64,000 bases of DNA from Polyangiaceae bacterium (GTDB taxonomy: Bacteria > Myxococcota_A > Polyangia > Polyangiales > Polyangiaceae), in the NCBI GenBank assembly GCA_033763455.1, contig JANRKO010000020.1, forward strand, positions 41,311-105,310, in the 5' to 3' direction. The position numbers were made by a program, and so were the translations under genes. Below the pieces are notes generated by a model, which ran no database searches, was not told the DNA's origin, and worked only from the letters and a program-made list of their open reading frames with translations. Positions 30,538-41,493 of this stretch are shown here, piece after piece. Within the stretch, counting starts at the first letter, position 1. Every line of letters starts with the position of its first letter.

Positions 30538-30953
30538 GCTTCGTTTGCAAGCAGCTCGCACAGTGTTTTAAGCCGCTCGACAGCTGCGGCGAGTTTCTGG
30601 GAACCCTGAGGGGTAACAGACAAACCTAGAACGGACTCAATGTCTTGCGCCAACGCGGAAACCTGGTGATGTCCGAAAGTACCGGCTGTTCCCGCAATGC
30701 GGTGAGCCAAGCGCTCAGCCGCTCTCAAAAGCGAATCATCCTTACACTCCGATAACTGAGCCAATAGCTCCCTGAGCTCACCGAGCTGGCGAGTGAGCGT
30801 AGCCACATAGGCGCAGCTTAGAGCTCGGAGCTCGGCCCCTATCGCCCCAGCATCAGGCTCACCGTTGCCCGCGGGTAAGCCACCTGCCGTGCCCATGTCT
30901 AGAGGTGGTCTCGGCGGAGGCGACGACGCGTGCCCGTTCGCCCGGCCGCTCAT
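30534..30953 (-). CDS. Stand-alone Hpt phosphotransfer protein
   Basis: LAHRIAGTAGTFG Hpt motif. Confidence 0.85.
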   Translation of the reverse strand: MSGRANGHASSPPPRPPLDMGTAGGLPAGNGEPDAGAIGAELRALSCAYVATLTRQLGELRELLAQLSECKDDSLLRAAERLAHRIAGTAGTFGHHQVSALAQDIESVLGLSVTPQGSQKLAAAVERLKTLCELLANEA

Positions 30954-33430
30954 CCTTTGGCCTCATTATTCACGCTTCCTATTGGAAGCTCGAACTCGAA
31001 GGTAGTGCCGCCTTCGGTGCAACGGAAGTCAAGCCTTCCGCCCAACTGATCCACGATGGCCTTGGCAATGCTGAGGCCAAGCCCCGTTCCACTCACGTGC
31101 CGTTCGTCAGAAGCATCCGCCTGAGCAAATCGTTCAAATACTCGGCCTTGGAATTCAGAAGGGATCCCTGGGCCGTGATCCGTGACAGCCGTGACTACAA
31201 AGCCGGACTTCTTTGTGACTCGGACCTCGATGGTAGAGGCGGCCGGGGAAAATTTCTGAGCATTTGAGAGCAGATTCGTCAGCACCTGCAGCACACGCTC
31301 GGGGTCAGTGATGCACCAACAAGGTTCAGGAGCATCGAGTACGAAAGCGACGCTTGTGGTGGAATGTATTGCCCGCATATCCGCTATTGCGCGCGCTGCG
31401 ACATCGCACACGTCAACTTGGCTGAGCTCAAAATTCAGAGTGCCTCGCTCCACCTTTCCAATATCCAAGATGTCGTCCACAAGGCGCGTCAGGCGCCTGG
31501 CACTCATCAACGCCATTCGTACCATTTCACGCGGCCCCTCCGCGAGCTCCCCAGCCACCCCTCCGTCAAGCAACCCCAGGGCCCCGCGGATAGCGGTAAG
31601 GGGGGTGCGCAGCTCGTGGCTCACGCTCGAGACAAACTCAGACTTCAGCCGTTCCACTCTCTTGCGCTCAGAGATGTCTCGCACGACCGCTACCAGGCTA
31701 TGCTGGCTGCCAACTTCGACGTTGTTGAACGACACCTCGGCAGGGAATCTGGAGCCATCAGAGCGTACTCCCACAAGCTCCACCGGCGCCCCGATCAATC
31801 CATCATCCGGGCGCGCATGTTTGAGGAACTCCATTCCTAAGTCGCTCCTCGGGTCGATCAATAGTGACCCCACCTGGCTCTTAAGCAGCTCCGCAAGCTC
31901 TCTGCCGAAGAGCCGCGTTGTTGCCGGATTCGCCCGCTGAATGTTGCCCTCTTTATCGAACGCAATAATGGCGTCCCCTGCGGCATCCACCACGGCGCGC
32001 AGACGTTCTTCGCTTTGTTGCAGTGCTTTTTCAGCCGAAGCGCGCAGCTCTTGGGTTCGAAAGGCCTGAATGATCGTGCCGCAAGTGGCCAAAAATGGCT
32101 CCAAGAACGCCACTAACTCCTCGGAGTAGCCCCCCTCGCGGTTCGCAACACCCAGCAAGCCGACGAGAGCATCCCCCATAAAGAGAGGCAGCCCAAGGAA
32201 GGCTTTGAGCGGTGGATGCCCAGGAGGCAGCCCCCCACGTCGATGATCCGAGCTCGGCTCATTGGCTATTACCGCGCTTCGGGTGGTAATCACCCGCCCA
32301 AAAAGGTTGTCAAGATTTCGGAACGCGATCCCGGTTGTTGCGGCACCCCGGTACACCTCGCGCGAAGCCTCGTCCCATGCCACGTCAGAGAGCGCGTGAC
32401 ATTTCAAATAGGGCTTGCCCGCCTCACCTTCCACCACTTCTCCAATAAAGCCATAACTGCTCCCGGTCGCTCTTAGTAGACCTTCCAAGAGCAACTGGAA
32501 CCAGGTCCCTGGGTCTCGCTGCTCAATTAAGCAGCTCTGCGCTTCGCTGATGCACGCGAGCAATGCGTGTGACTGTTGAGCGCCCTCAGCCGCCCTCACG
32601 CGTTCGGTAATGTCGTGCCCCACCAAGTACGTCACATTCTCGGCGGGATCGTGGCTTGCACTCCACGAAACCCAAAGGAAGCCTTCCCCCTTCTTCAACA
32701 TGCGAACGTCGAACCCGGTCGACTCGCCACTCTTCACGCGTTCCAGTGCCGTTTTCACACCCGCAACGTCGTCCGCGTGAACTAGCCCACCCCAGCCGAG
32801 CAGACTGATCTCTCCGACAGAAAATCGGAGGTGCTGCCCCCAGACTGGGTTGCTCTCCAAAATCTCCCCAGTTGGTGCGACGATCGCCGCGAAAGTTTGG
32901 GCAGCGGCGAAGAGCCTCCGGTACGTTTCAGCGGCGATCCGTTGGCGACGCAACTCCAACGTCCGCATCACTTGTCGAGCAAAGAGCTGCAGTGTTTCGA
33001 GTTGCTCCGCGCGCAGTGTGCGCGGGCGCTGATCGATCACGCAGAAGGTGCCAAGCACGTATCCCTCGGGGGTGAGAAGCGGCGCACCCGCGTAGAACCT
33101 GATCTTGGGCCCACCCGTAACGAGTGGGTTGTCTAAGAAGCGAACATCCTCCCGCGTATCTTCCACGATGAGCGGCACCCCATCGGCCACCACGTGCCCG
33201 CAAAACGAAACCTCGCGCGGAGTTTCGCTAGCACTAATTCCGTAGCGTGACTTGAACCACTGGCGCCCCTCATCCACAAAAGAGATGAGCGCAACCGGCA
33301 CCTCGAAGGTGCGAGCTACCAATTCGACGAATTCATCGAACACGAGCTCAGCTTCTGAATCCAACACCCCGTAACGCCGCAGCGCATTCAAGCGCTTAAC
33401 TTCGTTCTCTGGCAGAGCTGGCGGCTTCAC
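30950..33430 (-). CDS. Soluble GAF-PAS-GAF-PAS sensor histidine kinase
   Basis: SFCGH..RFYAGAPL GAF; GLPPGHPPLKAFLGLP GAF; SHELRTPL; NLLSNA; GTGLGLSI. Confidence 0.93.
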   Translation of the reverse strand: MKPPALPENEVKRLNALRRYGVLDSEAELVFDEFVELVARTFEVPVALISFVDEGRQWFKSRYGISASETPREVSFCGHVVADGVPLIVEDTREDVRFLDNPLVTGGPKIRFYAGAPLLTPEGYVLGTFCVIDQRPRTLRAEQLETLQLFARQVMRTLELRRQRIAAETYRRLFAAAQTFAAIVAPTGEILESNPVWGQHLRFSVGEISLLGWGGLVHADDVAGVKTALERVKSGESTGFDVRMLKKGEGFLWVSWSASHDPAENVTYLVGHDITERVRAAEGAQQSHALLACISEAQSCLIEQRDPGTWFQLLLEGLLRATGSSYGFIGEVVEGEAGKPYLKCHALSDVAWDEASREVYRGAATTGIAFRNLDNLFGRVITTRSAVIANEPSSDHRRGGLPPGHPPLKAFLGLPLFMGDALVGLLGVANREGGYSEELVAFLEPFLATCGTIIQAFRTQELRASAEKALQQSEERLRAVVDAAGDAIIAFDKEGNIQRANPATTRLFGRELAELLKSQVGSLLIDPRSDLGMEFLKHARPDDGLIGAPVELVGVRSDGSRFPAEVSFNNVEVGSQHSLVAVVRDISERKRVERLKSEFVSSVSHELRTPLTAIRGALGLLDGGVAGELAEGPREMVRMALMSARRLTRLVDDILDIGKVERGTLNFELSQVDVCDVAARAIADMRAIHSTTSVAFVLDAPEPCWCITDPERVLQVLTNLLSNAQKFSPAASTIEVRVTKKSGFVVTAVTDHGPGIPSEFQGRVFERFAQADASDERHVSGTGLGLSIAKAIVDQLGGRLDFRCTEGGTTFEFELPIGSVNNEAKG

Positions 33431-33432
33431 GG

Positions 33433-33813
33433 CTAACCTTCCTCGCCAAGTAATCTACGCAGCTCACTCGGAAGCTTCATGGGATCGAACGGCTTTGGAA
33501 TAACGCCTGAAGCCCCCATTTCCACGTAGGCCTGCACCTCGTGCTTCTGGACTTTGGCAGTTAAAAAAACCACGCGAATGTTAGCCAACGCTGCTCGTTT
33601 TCGGATCTCAAGCAGCGTGGTTGGGCCGTCCATTCCCGGCATCATCACGTCCAGGAGGATCACGTCAGGAAGCTCACGTTCGGCGACTTCGAGTGCCTCT
33701 TTTCCCGAGCCGGCAAGGAAGGTCTTCCAACCGCCCACTCTTTCCAAACTCAATCGACTGATCGTGCGAAGATCCGGTTCATCGTCCACCACAAGCACTT
33801 TAGAAATCGACAT
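33433..33813 (-). CDS. Single-domain response regulator
   Basis: VLVVDDE, LLDVMMPGMDG, FLTAK, KPFDP. Confidence 0.92.
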   Translation of the reverse strand: MSISKVLVVDDEPDLRTISRLSLERVGGWKTFLAGSGKEALEVAERELPDVILLDVMMPGMDGPTTLLEIRKRAALANIRVVFLTAKVQKHEVQAYVEMGASGVIPKPFDPMKLPSELRRLLGEEG

Positions 33814-34325
33814 AGGAACCCACGGGGACCGAATGAACACGACAGGATAAAAGCAATACGCCTACCTTCGCAAACAGGTTAGCCCACTTGCGCTAAGCAT
33901 ATCCAATTACAACATTCACCGGATCTAACGAATCAACACGCGGGCTGCAGGCACTTCTCATACAGAAAGAGCCTTTTTACACAGCAACGACGCTGACCAA
34001 CTTGCAACAGCCGCGCGCATGCGTCCGACCTCAAAAGCAGCGTGTTACTCATGCTAGCAAGCGCGTCCACGTTGTGCGTTCGCGGCATCGTGTCGCCGTG
34101 TTCCTCATGGCAATACTCAAGCCCCCAAACCATCAGGCTCGAGATGCGCAAACGCGAATCGACGAGTTGTCCCCGATGGCGAGGCTGCATCCGAACGGCA
34201 GCAGACGTACGCGGGGCCTTCGGTGACCCCTCCCTATCCAACGTACGTTTGGAAGAGGCGAATCGCACACCTCAAACCCCAAACGCACACCCCTCTGTGA
34301 ACTATCTGAAACTCTTGAGCTTTTT

Positions 34326-34400
<75 letters not shown>

Positions 34401-34587
34401 GAGCGCGGTGAGGGCGGCTTCATACCATAGGGACCCCAGCGCACAAGAGGGAAAAGACTGTCGACCGCACGGCCGTTTTGAATGTTGTCGCATATATAGC
34501 GATGCGCCGGGCTTGGCGCCCTGAAGGCGCGACACCCTGGCTTTCTGGAGGGCATCTGGGCCACTCTCAGCCCACCGTTGACCCTTA

Positions 34588-35309
34588 TGAAGGAAAAGTC
34601 GAACAACCCGCCTGAGGGCACGGGAGCCCCCACGGGGCGCCCTCGATTGTTCCTCCTCCTCCTTCCCATGGTCGCTCTGTTCGCCCTGTGGTGGGTATTG
34701 CCGGTCGCCGAGTGGGTGCTGCGCACGGCTCGCTTTATTCAAGATCTCGGCCCTTGGGGAATCGCTGCGTACGCGTTCTTGTACATAGTGGCTATTCTCG
34801 CGCTTGCGCCTGGCACCATGCTGACCCTTGCGGGAGGTTTCATCTGGGGGCCTCTTGTCGGCACCCTGATCGCGTGGCCCACGGCTACGGTGGCTTCTAC
34901 CACAGCATTCCTAGTCGGACGTTATCTTGCACACGAACAAGCCGAACGAATATTTGGCAGGCGACCCTTGTTCCTCGCTGTGGTGCGAGCTGTAGAGCGA
35001 GATGGCATCAAAATCATCGCCCTCTTGCGCCTGTCCCCAGTGATGCCGTTCAATTTCTTCAACTACGCGTTTGGCCTCACCCGGCTACGCGTGAGAACCT
35101 TTGCGCTCGGAAACGTGATCGGGATTTTACCCAATACCGTGCTCTACGCGTACCTGGGGTCCCTCGCGAAGAGCGTGACCGAACTTGGCAGTGGGGGAGC
35201 CAAAGTGCCTGGAGCCCTGTATTGGATTGGCCTGCTCATCACTGTTGGTGTCGCACTATTTGTGGCCCGCTCGGCGAAGCGCGCGCTCGACGAACAAGCA
35301 TTCGGTTGA
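34588..35309 (+). CDS. TVP38/TMEM64 (DedA/VTT) family membrane protein
   Basis: PGTMLTLAGGFIWG, LLRLSPVMPFNFFNYAFG. Confidence 0.9.
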
Positions 35310-35353
35310 GCCCCAATTGCATACCACCCTCCCTGCAACTACCTTGAGCGGGC

Positions 35354-36214
35354 ATGGATAAATTTTTCGTGCCCCTCGGGCACTTGCCACGCAGCTTTCC
35401 CGGGCCTCCTCCGGTGGCAACCATTGGGTTTATCCCAGAGAAGAGCGAATGTTTGGATCGCATCTTCGACAGCTTCAACTTCTCATTTATCCTCAAGGGC
35501 GGTGGATTTTATCACCTAGAGGGCTTTGAAACGGACGTTGTTGCACCCTATGTGATCACGCAATGGCCCAGCAGAAGGGCCTCTTATGGCCCGAGCGGGC
35601 GTTGGCAAACTTGGCAAGAGCTCTACGTCGTCTATAGCTCCGAATACCTGCCCGAGTTGCAGCGGAGAAACCTCGCACGGTTAGACAAACCGGCTTGGTC
35701 CATCCAGCGCACCGGTGCATGGCGAGAGCCACTGGATACTTTGTTTCAAATTCTCAGGCGCCCCAATCACCACAAGGAGCCGGACCGCATCGATCGCCTC
35801 TGCGAGCAGCTATTTTTCGAGAGCGCTTCGGGGGAGCAAAAAGCGCCACCCAGCCGAGAGGAGGACCTCGTCCGAACCGTGCAGGCACGCCTCAAAGCGC
35901 AACTGCCAGCGGTCCACGATTTTGACGCCATCGCGCGTTCCCTGGGAGTCGCGCCGATTACGTTCCGGCGCTATTGGAGCAAGTACGTTGACGAGCCCCC
36001 GGCCCGCTACGTCACGAGCCTGCGCGTACAGGAAGCCCAACGGCTTTTACTACAAACAGTTCGTTCTGTAGCCGACATCGCACGCGGTTTAGGCTTCGAC
36101 GATCCACTGTATTTTTCGCGCGTATTTCGCAAACAAACCGGCCTTACGGCAAGTGAATACCGCCGCCACTTTCACCCAGCTGGCCTTGAGCGGAACCCGC
36201 CGGACCTCAGATAA
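35354..36214 (+). CDS. AraC-family transcriptional regulator
   Basis: C-terminal IARGLGFDDPLYFSRVFRKQTGLTASEYR. Confidence 0.92.
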   Translation: MDKFFVPLGHLPRSFPGPPPVATIGFIPEKSECLDRIFDSFNFSFILKGGGFYHLEGFETDVVAPYVITQWPSRRASYGPSGRWQTWQELYVVYSSEYLPELQRRNLARLDKPAWSIQRTGAWREPLDTLFQILRRPNHHKEPDRIDRLCEQLFFESASGEQKAPPSREEDLVRTVQARLKAQLPAVHDFDAIARSLGVAPITFRRYWSKYVDEPPARYVTSLRVQEAQRLLLQTVRSVADIARGLGFDDPLYFSRVFRKQTGLTASEYRRHFHPAGLERNPPDLR

Positions 36215-37307
36215 CGCCCAGTGGCAGCCCAAAGGTTTCCGCTACGGCCTGATTCACCACCCTGCCCTGGTACATATTCACCGCGCTTCGAATGGTTGGG
36301 TTCTTCTCGATCGCGCCCAAGAGGCCGCGCCCCGCCAAGCTGAGTACGTAAGGCACCGTAGCGTTACACAGCGCGTACGTGCTCGTACGCCCAACCGCTC
36401 CTGGCATGTTGGCAACCGAATAGTGCACCACATCGTGAATAATATAGGTGGGGTTGGCGTGCGTGGTGGGGCGCGTGGTTTCAAAACACCCCCCTTGATC
36501 AACGGCAACGTCCACAACCACAGCGCCGGATTTCATGCGTTTTAGATCTTCTTTTTCCACCAGGCGTGGTGCGCGAGCGCCACGAATCAGTACGGCACCG
36601 ATCACCAAATCAGCGCGCGTCAGTTGGTCCCGAATCGTGTGTCGGTCGCTGAACAACGTGGTCACATTCGGTGGCATCACGTCGTCCAGATAGCGCAAAC
36701 GATCGAGGTTATTGTCCAAAATCACCACATTGGCGCCAAAGCCCGCGGCAACCTTGGCCGCATTGGTGCCCACCACACCGCCGCCGAATATAGTGATGTG
36801 CGCTGGCTCCACGCCGGGCACCCCGCCGAGCAAAATGCCCCGCCCCTCTTGGGGGCGTTCTAGATATTTGGCCCCTTCCTGAATACTCATGCGCCCTGCC
36901 ACCTCGCTCATAGGCGTTAATAAAGGAAGGCGTCCGCTCGCATCTTCGAGCGTTTCGTAGGCAATCGCGCTGCAGCCGGTAGCAAGAATGCTACGGGTGA
37001 GCGTTTCATCGGCAGCAAAGTGAAAATAGGTAAAAACGTTTTGGCCGCTTCGAATTTTGGGCCACTCCTCGGGCTGAGGCTCTTTCACCTTCACGATGAG
37101 CTCAGCTTCGCCCCACACCCGGTCTGGGCCATCCACCAGCACAGCACCTTGCTCTTCGTATTCGGAGTCCAAAAGGCCGCTTCCTATGCCAGCCCCTTTT
37201 TGTACCAAAACAACGTGCCCTCGCCGCACTAACTCATCCACACCGGAGGGCAAAAGAGCAACGCGGTACTCGTGCGATTTTACTTCTTTGGGGACACCGA
37301 CAATCAT
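36207..37307 (-). CDS. ald: Alanine dehydrogenase
   Basis: MIVGVPKEVKSHEYRV, KVKEP, PMSEVAGR, DVAVDQGGC, VANMPGAV. Confidence 0.97.
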   Translation of the reverse strand: MIVGVPKEVKSHEYRVALLPSGVDELVRRGHVVLVQKGAGIGSGLLDSEYEEQGAVLVDGPDRVWGEAELIVKVKEPQPEEWPKIRSGQNVFTYFHFAADETLTRSILATGCSAIAYETLEDASGRLPLLTPMSEVAGRMSIQEGAKYLERPQEGRGILLGGVPGVEPAHITIFGGGVVGTNAAKVAAGFGANVVILDNNLDRLRYLDDVMPPNVTTLFSDRHTIRDQLTRADLVIGAVLIRGARAPRLVEKEDLKRMKSGAVVVDVAVDQGGCFETTRPTTHANPTYIIHDVVHYSVANMPGAVGRTSTYALCNATVPYVLSLAGRGLLGAIEKNPTIRSAVNMYQGRVVNQAVAETFGLPLGVI

Positions 37308-37407
37308 GATCGTTCTATTCCTTGTGGCTGGGTCACGCGGGGTTGACCATGCACAAGCCTACGGCCATATTTCATGCTCGGCTAAGCCACGAACCTGGGC
37401 GCCCCCG

Positions 37408-37752
37408 TTGTTAGGCGCGGCCCCGCTCGGGCCCGGGCCTAAGCCCTGCCTTGCGTGCGGGGCATGCTGTTTTTCGGAGCTCTCAAGCTACGTACGAGTC
37501 ACGGGGACGGACCATGCCCGCCTGGGGGAGCGAGCGCTCGCCCTTGCCGATTTCGATGGGAACCAAGCCTTCATGCGTATGCAAGATGGGCACTGCGCCG
37601 CCTTGATTCTGGACCGAGCAACCAGCCAATGGTGGTGCACCGTCTACGACACGCGGCCCGAAGTATGTCGGGCTCTCGAACGCGGCTCGGCTGAGTGCTC
37701 CGCGGAACGTTCAGCGGCCGCTACTACTGTTGACCAGGCACCGCTGAGATGA
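37408..37752 (+). CDS. YkgJ-family Cys-cluster (Fe-S/Zn) protein
   Basis: CLACGACC, CAAL, CTVYDTRPEVCR; start uncertain. Confidence 0.75.
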   Translation: MLGAAPLGPGPKPCLACGACCFSELSSYVRVTGTDHARLGERALALADFDGNQAFMRMQDGHCAALILDRATSQWWCTVYDTRPEVCRALERGSAECSAERSAAATTVDQAPLR

Positions 37753-37853
37753 GTTGCGGGCCGCCTGTTACCCCGCACAACGAGGTACTTGGCATGACAA
37801 GTACCTCAGCGACGGCCCCAATGACACCCAGACCAGCGCCGGACTGGTCTAAC

Positions 37854-38624
37854 CTATAGCAAGCAAAGCTGCAGCAGATCTCGCTCAACCGCGCAGATCC
37901 CAGTGGCCCCAGTGGCAGCAATGCCGATCTGGTGAACCATACCCACGAGATCAATCCCAATGTACCCCAGCGGATTGACAGGATCCGCGCCGTACACCGT
38001 GCCGAAGGTAGGATCCACAGGGTCCCATGCCACCACGAAGTAGCTTTGCGTAACTCGACCGACGCACGTGGACGTACTGAATCCGTCAAAACTGCAGTCG
38101 AAATCTTCGGCGAATTCAAAAACGGTATAGTACAAGCTGAAACAGAACGCCGCCGTTGCCGCGGGCGCCGCGGTTGAACTTTGCAGCTGAATCACCGGGC
38201 TGCAAACCGGCGTGCCACCACTGGTTCCACCTGTATTGGGTGTCCCACCAGTGCTTCCAGGAACGCCACCACTACCAGGCACCCCGCCGGTGCTTCCCGG
38301 AACGCCACCACTGCTTCCAGGCATCCCTCCACTCGCCATCTGACTTCCACCGGAATTGCTCGCCCCGCCGATGCCCATCGCCATGCCACCGGTGCTTGCA
38401 CTCGGTTGTCCGCCTGAAGCCGCTCCACCGATACCAGAACCTGGTGCGACAACACACTTCTTCGACATGCAGGTGAGGCCTGCGCTGCATGTATCATTGG
38501 GGAAACACGCCTGCCCATTGCTCCCGACTACGGCCTCATCGCCGAAATTCCGGTCCGGTGCGCCACACGCAACAGCTACCGCCAGTGTTGTCCCAAGAGC
38601 CCAAAACGCGTGAGTTACCCGCAT
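37854..38624 (-). CDS. Hypothetical lipoprotein with Cys-rich module and Gly/Ser linker
   Basis: Lipobox AVAC; CFPNDTCSAGLTC; GGVPGS(T) repeats. Confidence 0.7.
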   Translation of the reverse strand: MRVTHAFWALGTTLAVAVACGAPDRNFGDEAVVGSNGQACFPNDTCSAGLTCMSKKCVVAPGSGIGGAASGGQPSASTGGMAMGIGGASNSGGSQMASGGMPGSSGGVPGSTGGVPGSGGVPGSTGGTPNTGGTSGGTPVCSPVIQLQSSTAAPAATAAFCFSLYYTVFEFAEDFDCSFDGFSTSTCVGRVTQSYFVVAWDPVDPTFGTVYGADPVNPLGYIGIDLVGMVHQIGIAATGATGICAVERDLLQLCLL

Positions 38625-38669
38625 AAGACCCGATGCAAACACATCGGCGAAGGCCTAGCAATGCTGGAA

Positions 38670-40775
38670 TTATTGGCCTCGGCCCGGATGCGGGCGGGCC
38701 TGTTTTACAGCCAAAACCGGCACTTGCCCCGGGGGCGCGTCGAACTTGAATTCCACATCCATTCCGTAATACCCAAGCATATCAGCAGGTGGGGCGTAAG
38801 CCGGCGCGAAGTATTGGTGGATTTGGTCGAGCGCCACTCCGAGCTCGTACGTCTGCTCAGCGCTCAGCACCGTGCTACCCGCCTTCACGAGGTTCGAGTG
38901 CGCGAGAAACACGATGGGCTGCCCGGGGGAGTAGAAGTGATAAACAAACTGATCCGTCGTTGTCCCGGGATCCGGCTGCACTACCGACGCTTCACCCGCT
39001 TGCACATTCACATAGAAGCTTGGTTCAAGGCCCGAAACATCAAATGGATTCGAGGTGAGCGCCACGCCATTCGCCTCCTCGTCCGGAAAGGAGTGAGGCA
39101 CCAAAAGCGCCATACCGACAGCCTTGTGATCAATGCTCCGGTACTCGCGCTCCTCAAAAGCACGAAAGCTCCACACGCTGGCCCAAACGGTGCGAACCGC
39201 GTTCAAGACGGGGCGCTTCGGGTCCCCGGGCTGCCCACTGACTGACGTGTACAAGCCAGCTCCGGTGAATCCCTCCAGATCTTCCGCATTGGTACTCGAA
39301 CGAAAACGCATCCGCACCCCGGGGTAGTCAGCCTGGAGCTTGGCTAGCAGCAGCCCTTCAAACTCTGCATCCACCGGTGCCACTAGCATCGCGGCGCGCA
39401 GCTCGGCGAGCTTCTGATCGCGAAGCTTAGGATCTGCACGAAAAGCGCTGTCCGCCAAGAGCTCATCGACCCTGGCGAAGAACCCATTCTGTTCCATGAA
39501 CTGATAATAAAACCAAACCGGAATGCCGAAGGCTTTGGCCACGGGCAACCCCGGGATCTGCGTTAAGACGGAGTAGTGCGAAGCCTTACCGCCAAATGCG
39601 GGAATTGCTGCAGAAATGGCCGCTTTGAGTGGGCCGCTCACGTCCACAATCGACTCTATGTTGGCAAGCTCACGCACGCTCAGATCCAAGCGTGGCACCT
39701 GCACTTGAGTTGGCTTATGCGACTGCCAATAGGCTTCCGCTTCATCAAAGCTAACTTCCTCCACCTTGTATTCAAAGGCGCCCACCGTGAGCCGAACCCA
39801 CTTTCCTTCCAAGTTACGCAACTCTGCGTTCGTGGTAGCGTGGCGCAACGCCATATTCGGCGTCCCCCGGTTTTGCGACAACACGTTCACATGCGAAAGC
39901 GGGGTCTGAAACTCTTCAGTAATAATGCCGCTCACCACCGAAATGTCATTCGGCACGCGATCAAGGACTACAATATCCCGAAAGCCAACGTAATCCGTGC
40001 CAAGGTTCGCTTCTTGAACAAAGCGCAGGTAGCCTATCGTGACACCCAAGTTGAGTGGTTGATAGTCAATCCCTGAAAATAGGGTATCGTTCGTGAGGTA
40101 GGGGGCGCTTGCGGAAAGCTTGCGCGCCACAAGTTCCAGGCTGCTGGAGGTGGGGTGAAAGAGCAGATCCTTGCCGAAGTAAGCGTGTGCCTTCACCGCT
40201 TCCATGAGCTTCTCGATCAAAGAAACATCGGCCGTGTCGTACGGTGCGATTTCCAGGGCCCATGTTTGGGCCCCCTCGTAGAAGGTGACCGCCCCTAAAA
40301 TGAAGCGCCGATCTGGAGAGTAATACTCGGTGCGGTTGAAGTCCGCGAGGGAGCCCACAATCGGCAGCGCTCCACCCGAGAGGTTCTTGGAAGCGAACTC
40401 CCAGTGGATCGGGAATTGGTTACTATTCTGAAAGTACAACTTATCGCCGTCGGCCCGATCGAGCACGACCTTAGCAGAGCGTGCGCCCGGAATGGTGGCA
40501 TTCGCCGGGATGGAGGCGAGCACATCGAAATCCCTACGGCAACCCAGATGGCTCAGAAAGCTCGGAGCCGCTTCATCTGAAGCGACACACGCGCCTTCCA
40601 CTGACTGAAGTGGAGGGATGGCCGTTACACGCGGACCATAGTCAACCGCTTCTGGCTCCTTGCTACTACAAGCAACGCTCCAGATGGCCAAAAGCAACAG
40701 CCACCATTGCGCCGATCTCACGGCTGCGCGACTTTGGCCAACCAACGCACGGCTCGCACTTTGCACATTTCCCAT
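38670..40775 (-). CDS. Lipoprotein with a PEP/pyruvate-binding (PPDK_N, ATP-grasp) domain
   Basis: Lipobox WSVAC; FGGKA, RFRSSTNAEDLEGFTGAGLY, VWASVW, DVEFK, VKQARP. Confidence 0.85.
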   Translation of the reverse strand: MGNVQSASRALVGQSRAAVRSAQWWLLLLAIWSVACSSKEPEAVDYGPRVTAIPPLQSVEGACVASDEAAPSFLSHLGCRRDFDVLASIPANATIPGARSAKVVLDRADGDKLYFQNSNQFPIHWEFASKNLSGGALPIVGSLADFNRTEYYSPDRRFILGAVTFYEGAQTWALEIAPYDTADVSLIEKLMEAVKAHAYFGKDLLFHPTSSSLELVARKLSASAPYLTNDTLFSGIDYQPLNLGVTIGYLRFVQEANLGTDYVGFRDIVVLDRVPNDISVVSGIITEEFQTPLSHVNVLSQNRGTPNMALRHATTNAELRNLEGKWVRLTVGAFEYKVEEVSFDEAEAYWQSHKPTQVQVPRLDLSVRELANIESIVDVSGPLKAAISAAIPAFGGKASHYSVLTQIPGLPVAKAFGIPVWFYYQFMEQNGFFARVDELLADSAFRADPKLRDQKLAELRAAMLVAPVDAEFEGLLLAKLQADYPGVRMRFRSSTNAEDLEGFTGAGLYTSVSGQPGDPKRPVLNAVRTVWASVWSFRAFEEREYRSIDHKAVGMALLVPHSFPDEEANGVALTSNPFDVSGLEPSFYVNVQAGEASVVQPDPGTTTDQFVYHFYSPGQPIVFLAHSNLVKAGSTVLSAEQTYELGVALDQIHQYFAPAYAPPADMLGYYGMDVEFKFDAPPGQVPVLAVKQARPHPGRGQ

Positions 40776-40784
40776 AACACTCAC

Positions 40785-41456
40785 TCAAAACTTGTAGCGA
40801 TAGCTGGCACCCAGGATAACTACGCTTGGGTCATTCACATCCACCTGCTCCTGGTCCAAATAACCAAAGAGGCCGAAGCGGTGCGGCTTCAGGCTAAAGT
40901 CAGCACCCACGGCCCAGCGCATCTGCTTCCATTGGGTGCCATTGCTTCCCCCAACGCGCGTGCTCGTTTCGACGCCAACGTACGGCTCTAGGCTTTTGGT
41001 AACTTTGTAGCCCGCCTGCAGGCGATTTCGCACGGCTTTCCGCGTCTTGCGGCTCGCATCGGTGGGGATCTGGGTCTGAAGTCGCAGGCGATAATCTAGG
41101 ATGAACTTCCCCAGCTCTGGCGCTACCGAAACATCTGCGTAAAGGCGATTCCAGCTTTCGAAGGCGTCGTTCTTGTCTCGTCGTTCGATGTGGCGGTAGC
41201 CCACGCCAGGAGTAAGCCACTTGGTAACGTCGTATGAGAAGGAAAAATCTGGGCTCACCTCCACCACCTGAAAGGGAGCGGTGCCGAAGGCCAGCTTCTG
41301 CTCAAACTCAAGGGTTGCAGCTTTGATCGGGCTCCACGCCACGGAAGGCTCTGCCCATAGCTCAACCAGGGTTTCGGCACGTGCCGGGCTCGCAAGCGTG
41401 CTGAGCCCCACGACACCAACGAGCATGCCGACCAAGTGCTTTAGCGTCCTATTCAT
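40785..41456 (-). CDS. Putative outer-membrane beta-barrel (DUF2490-like)
   Basis: Signal peptide ending ARA; amphipathic strands; RNRL motif; C-terminal YRYKF. Confidence 0.7.
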   Translation of the reverse strand: MNRTLKHLVGMLVGVVGLSTLASPARAETLVELWAEPSVAWSPIKAATLEFEQKLAFGTAPFQVVEVSPDFSFSYDVTKWLTPGVGYRHIERRDKNDAFESWNRLYADVSVAPELGKFILDYRLRLQTQIPTDASRKTRKAVRNRLQAGYKVTKSLEPYVGVETSTRVGGSNGTQWKQMRWAVGADFSLKPHRFGLFGYLDQEQVDVNDPSVVILGASYRYKF

Positions 41457-41493
41457 AGGCTTCTTTTCAGACAACGCGGGGGTTGGATGCGCG

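Noticed and set aside
38215..38345. 21-nt imperfect repeats
   Set aside because: Explained by the GGVPGS(T) low-complexity linker of the lipoprotein.
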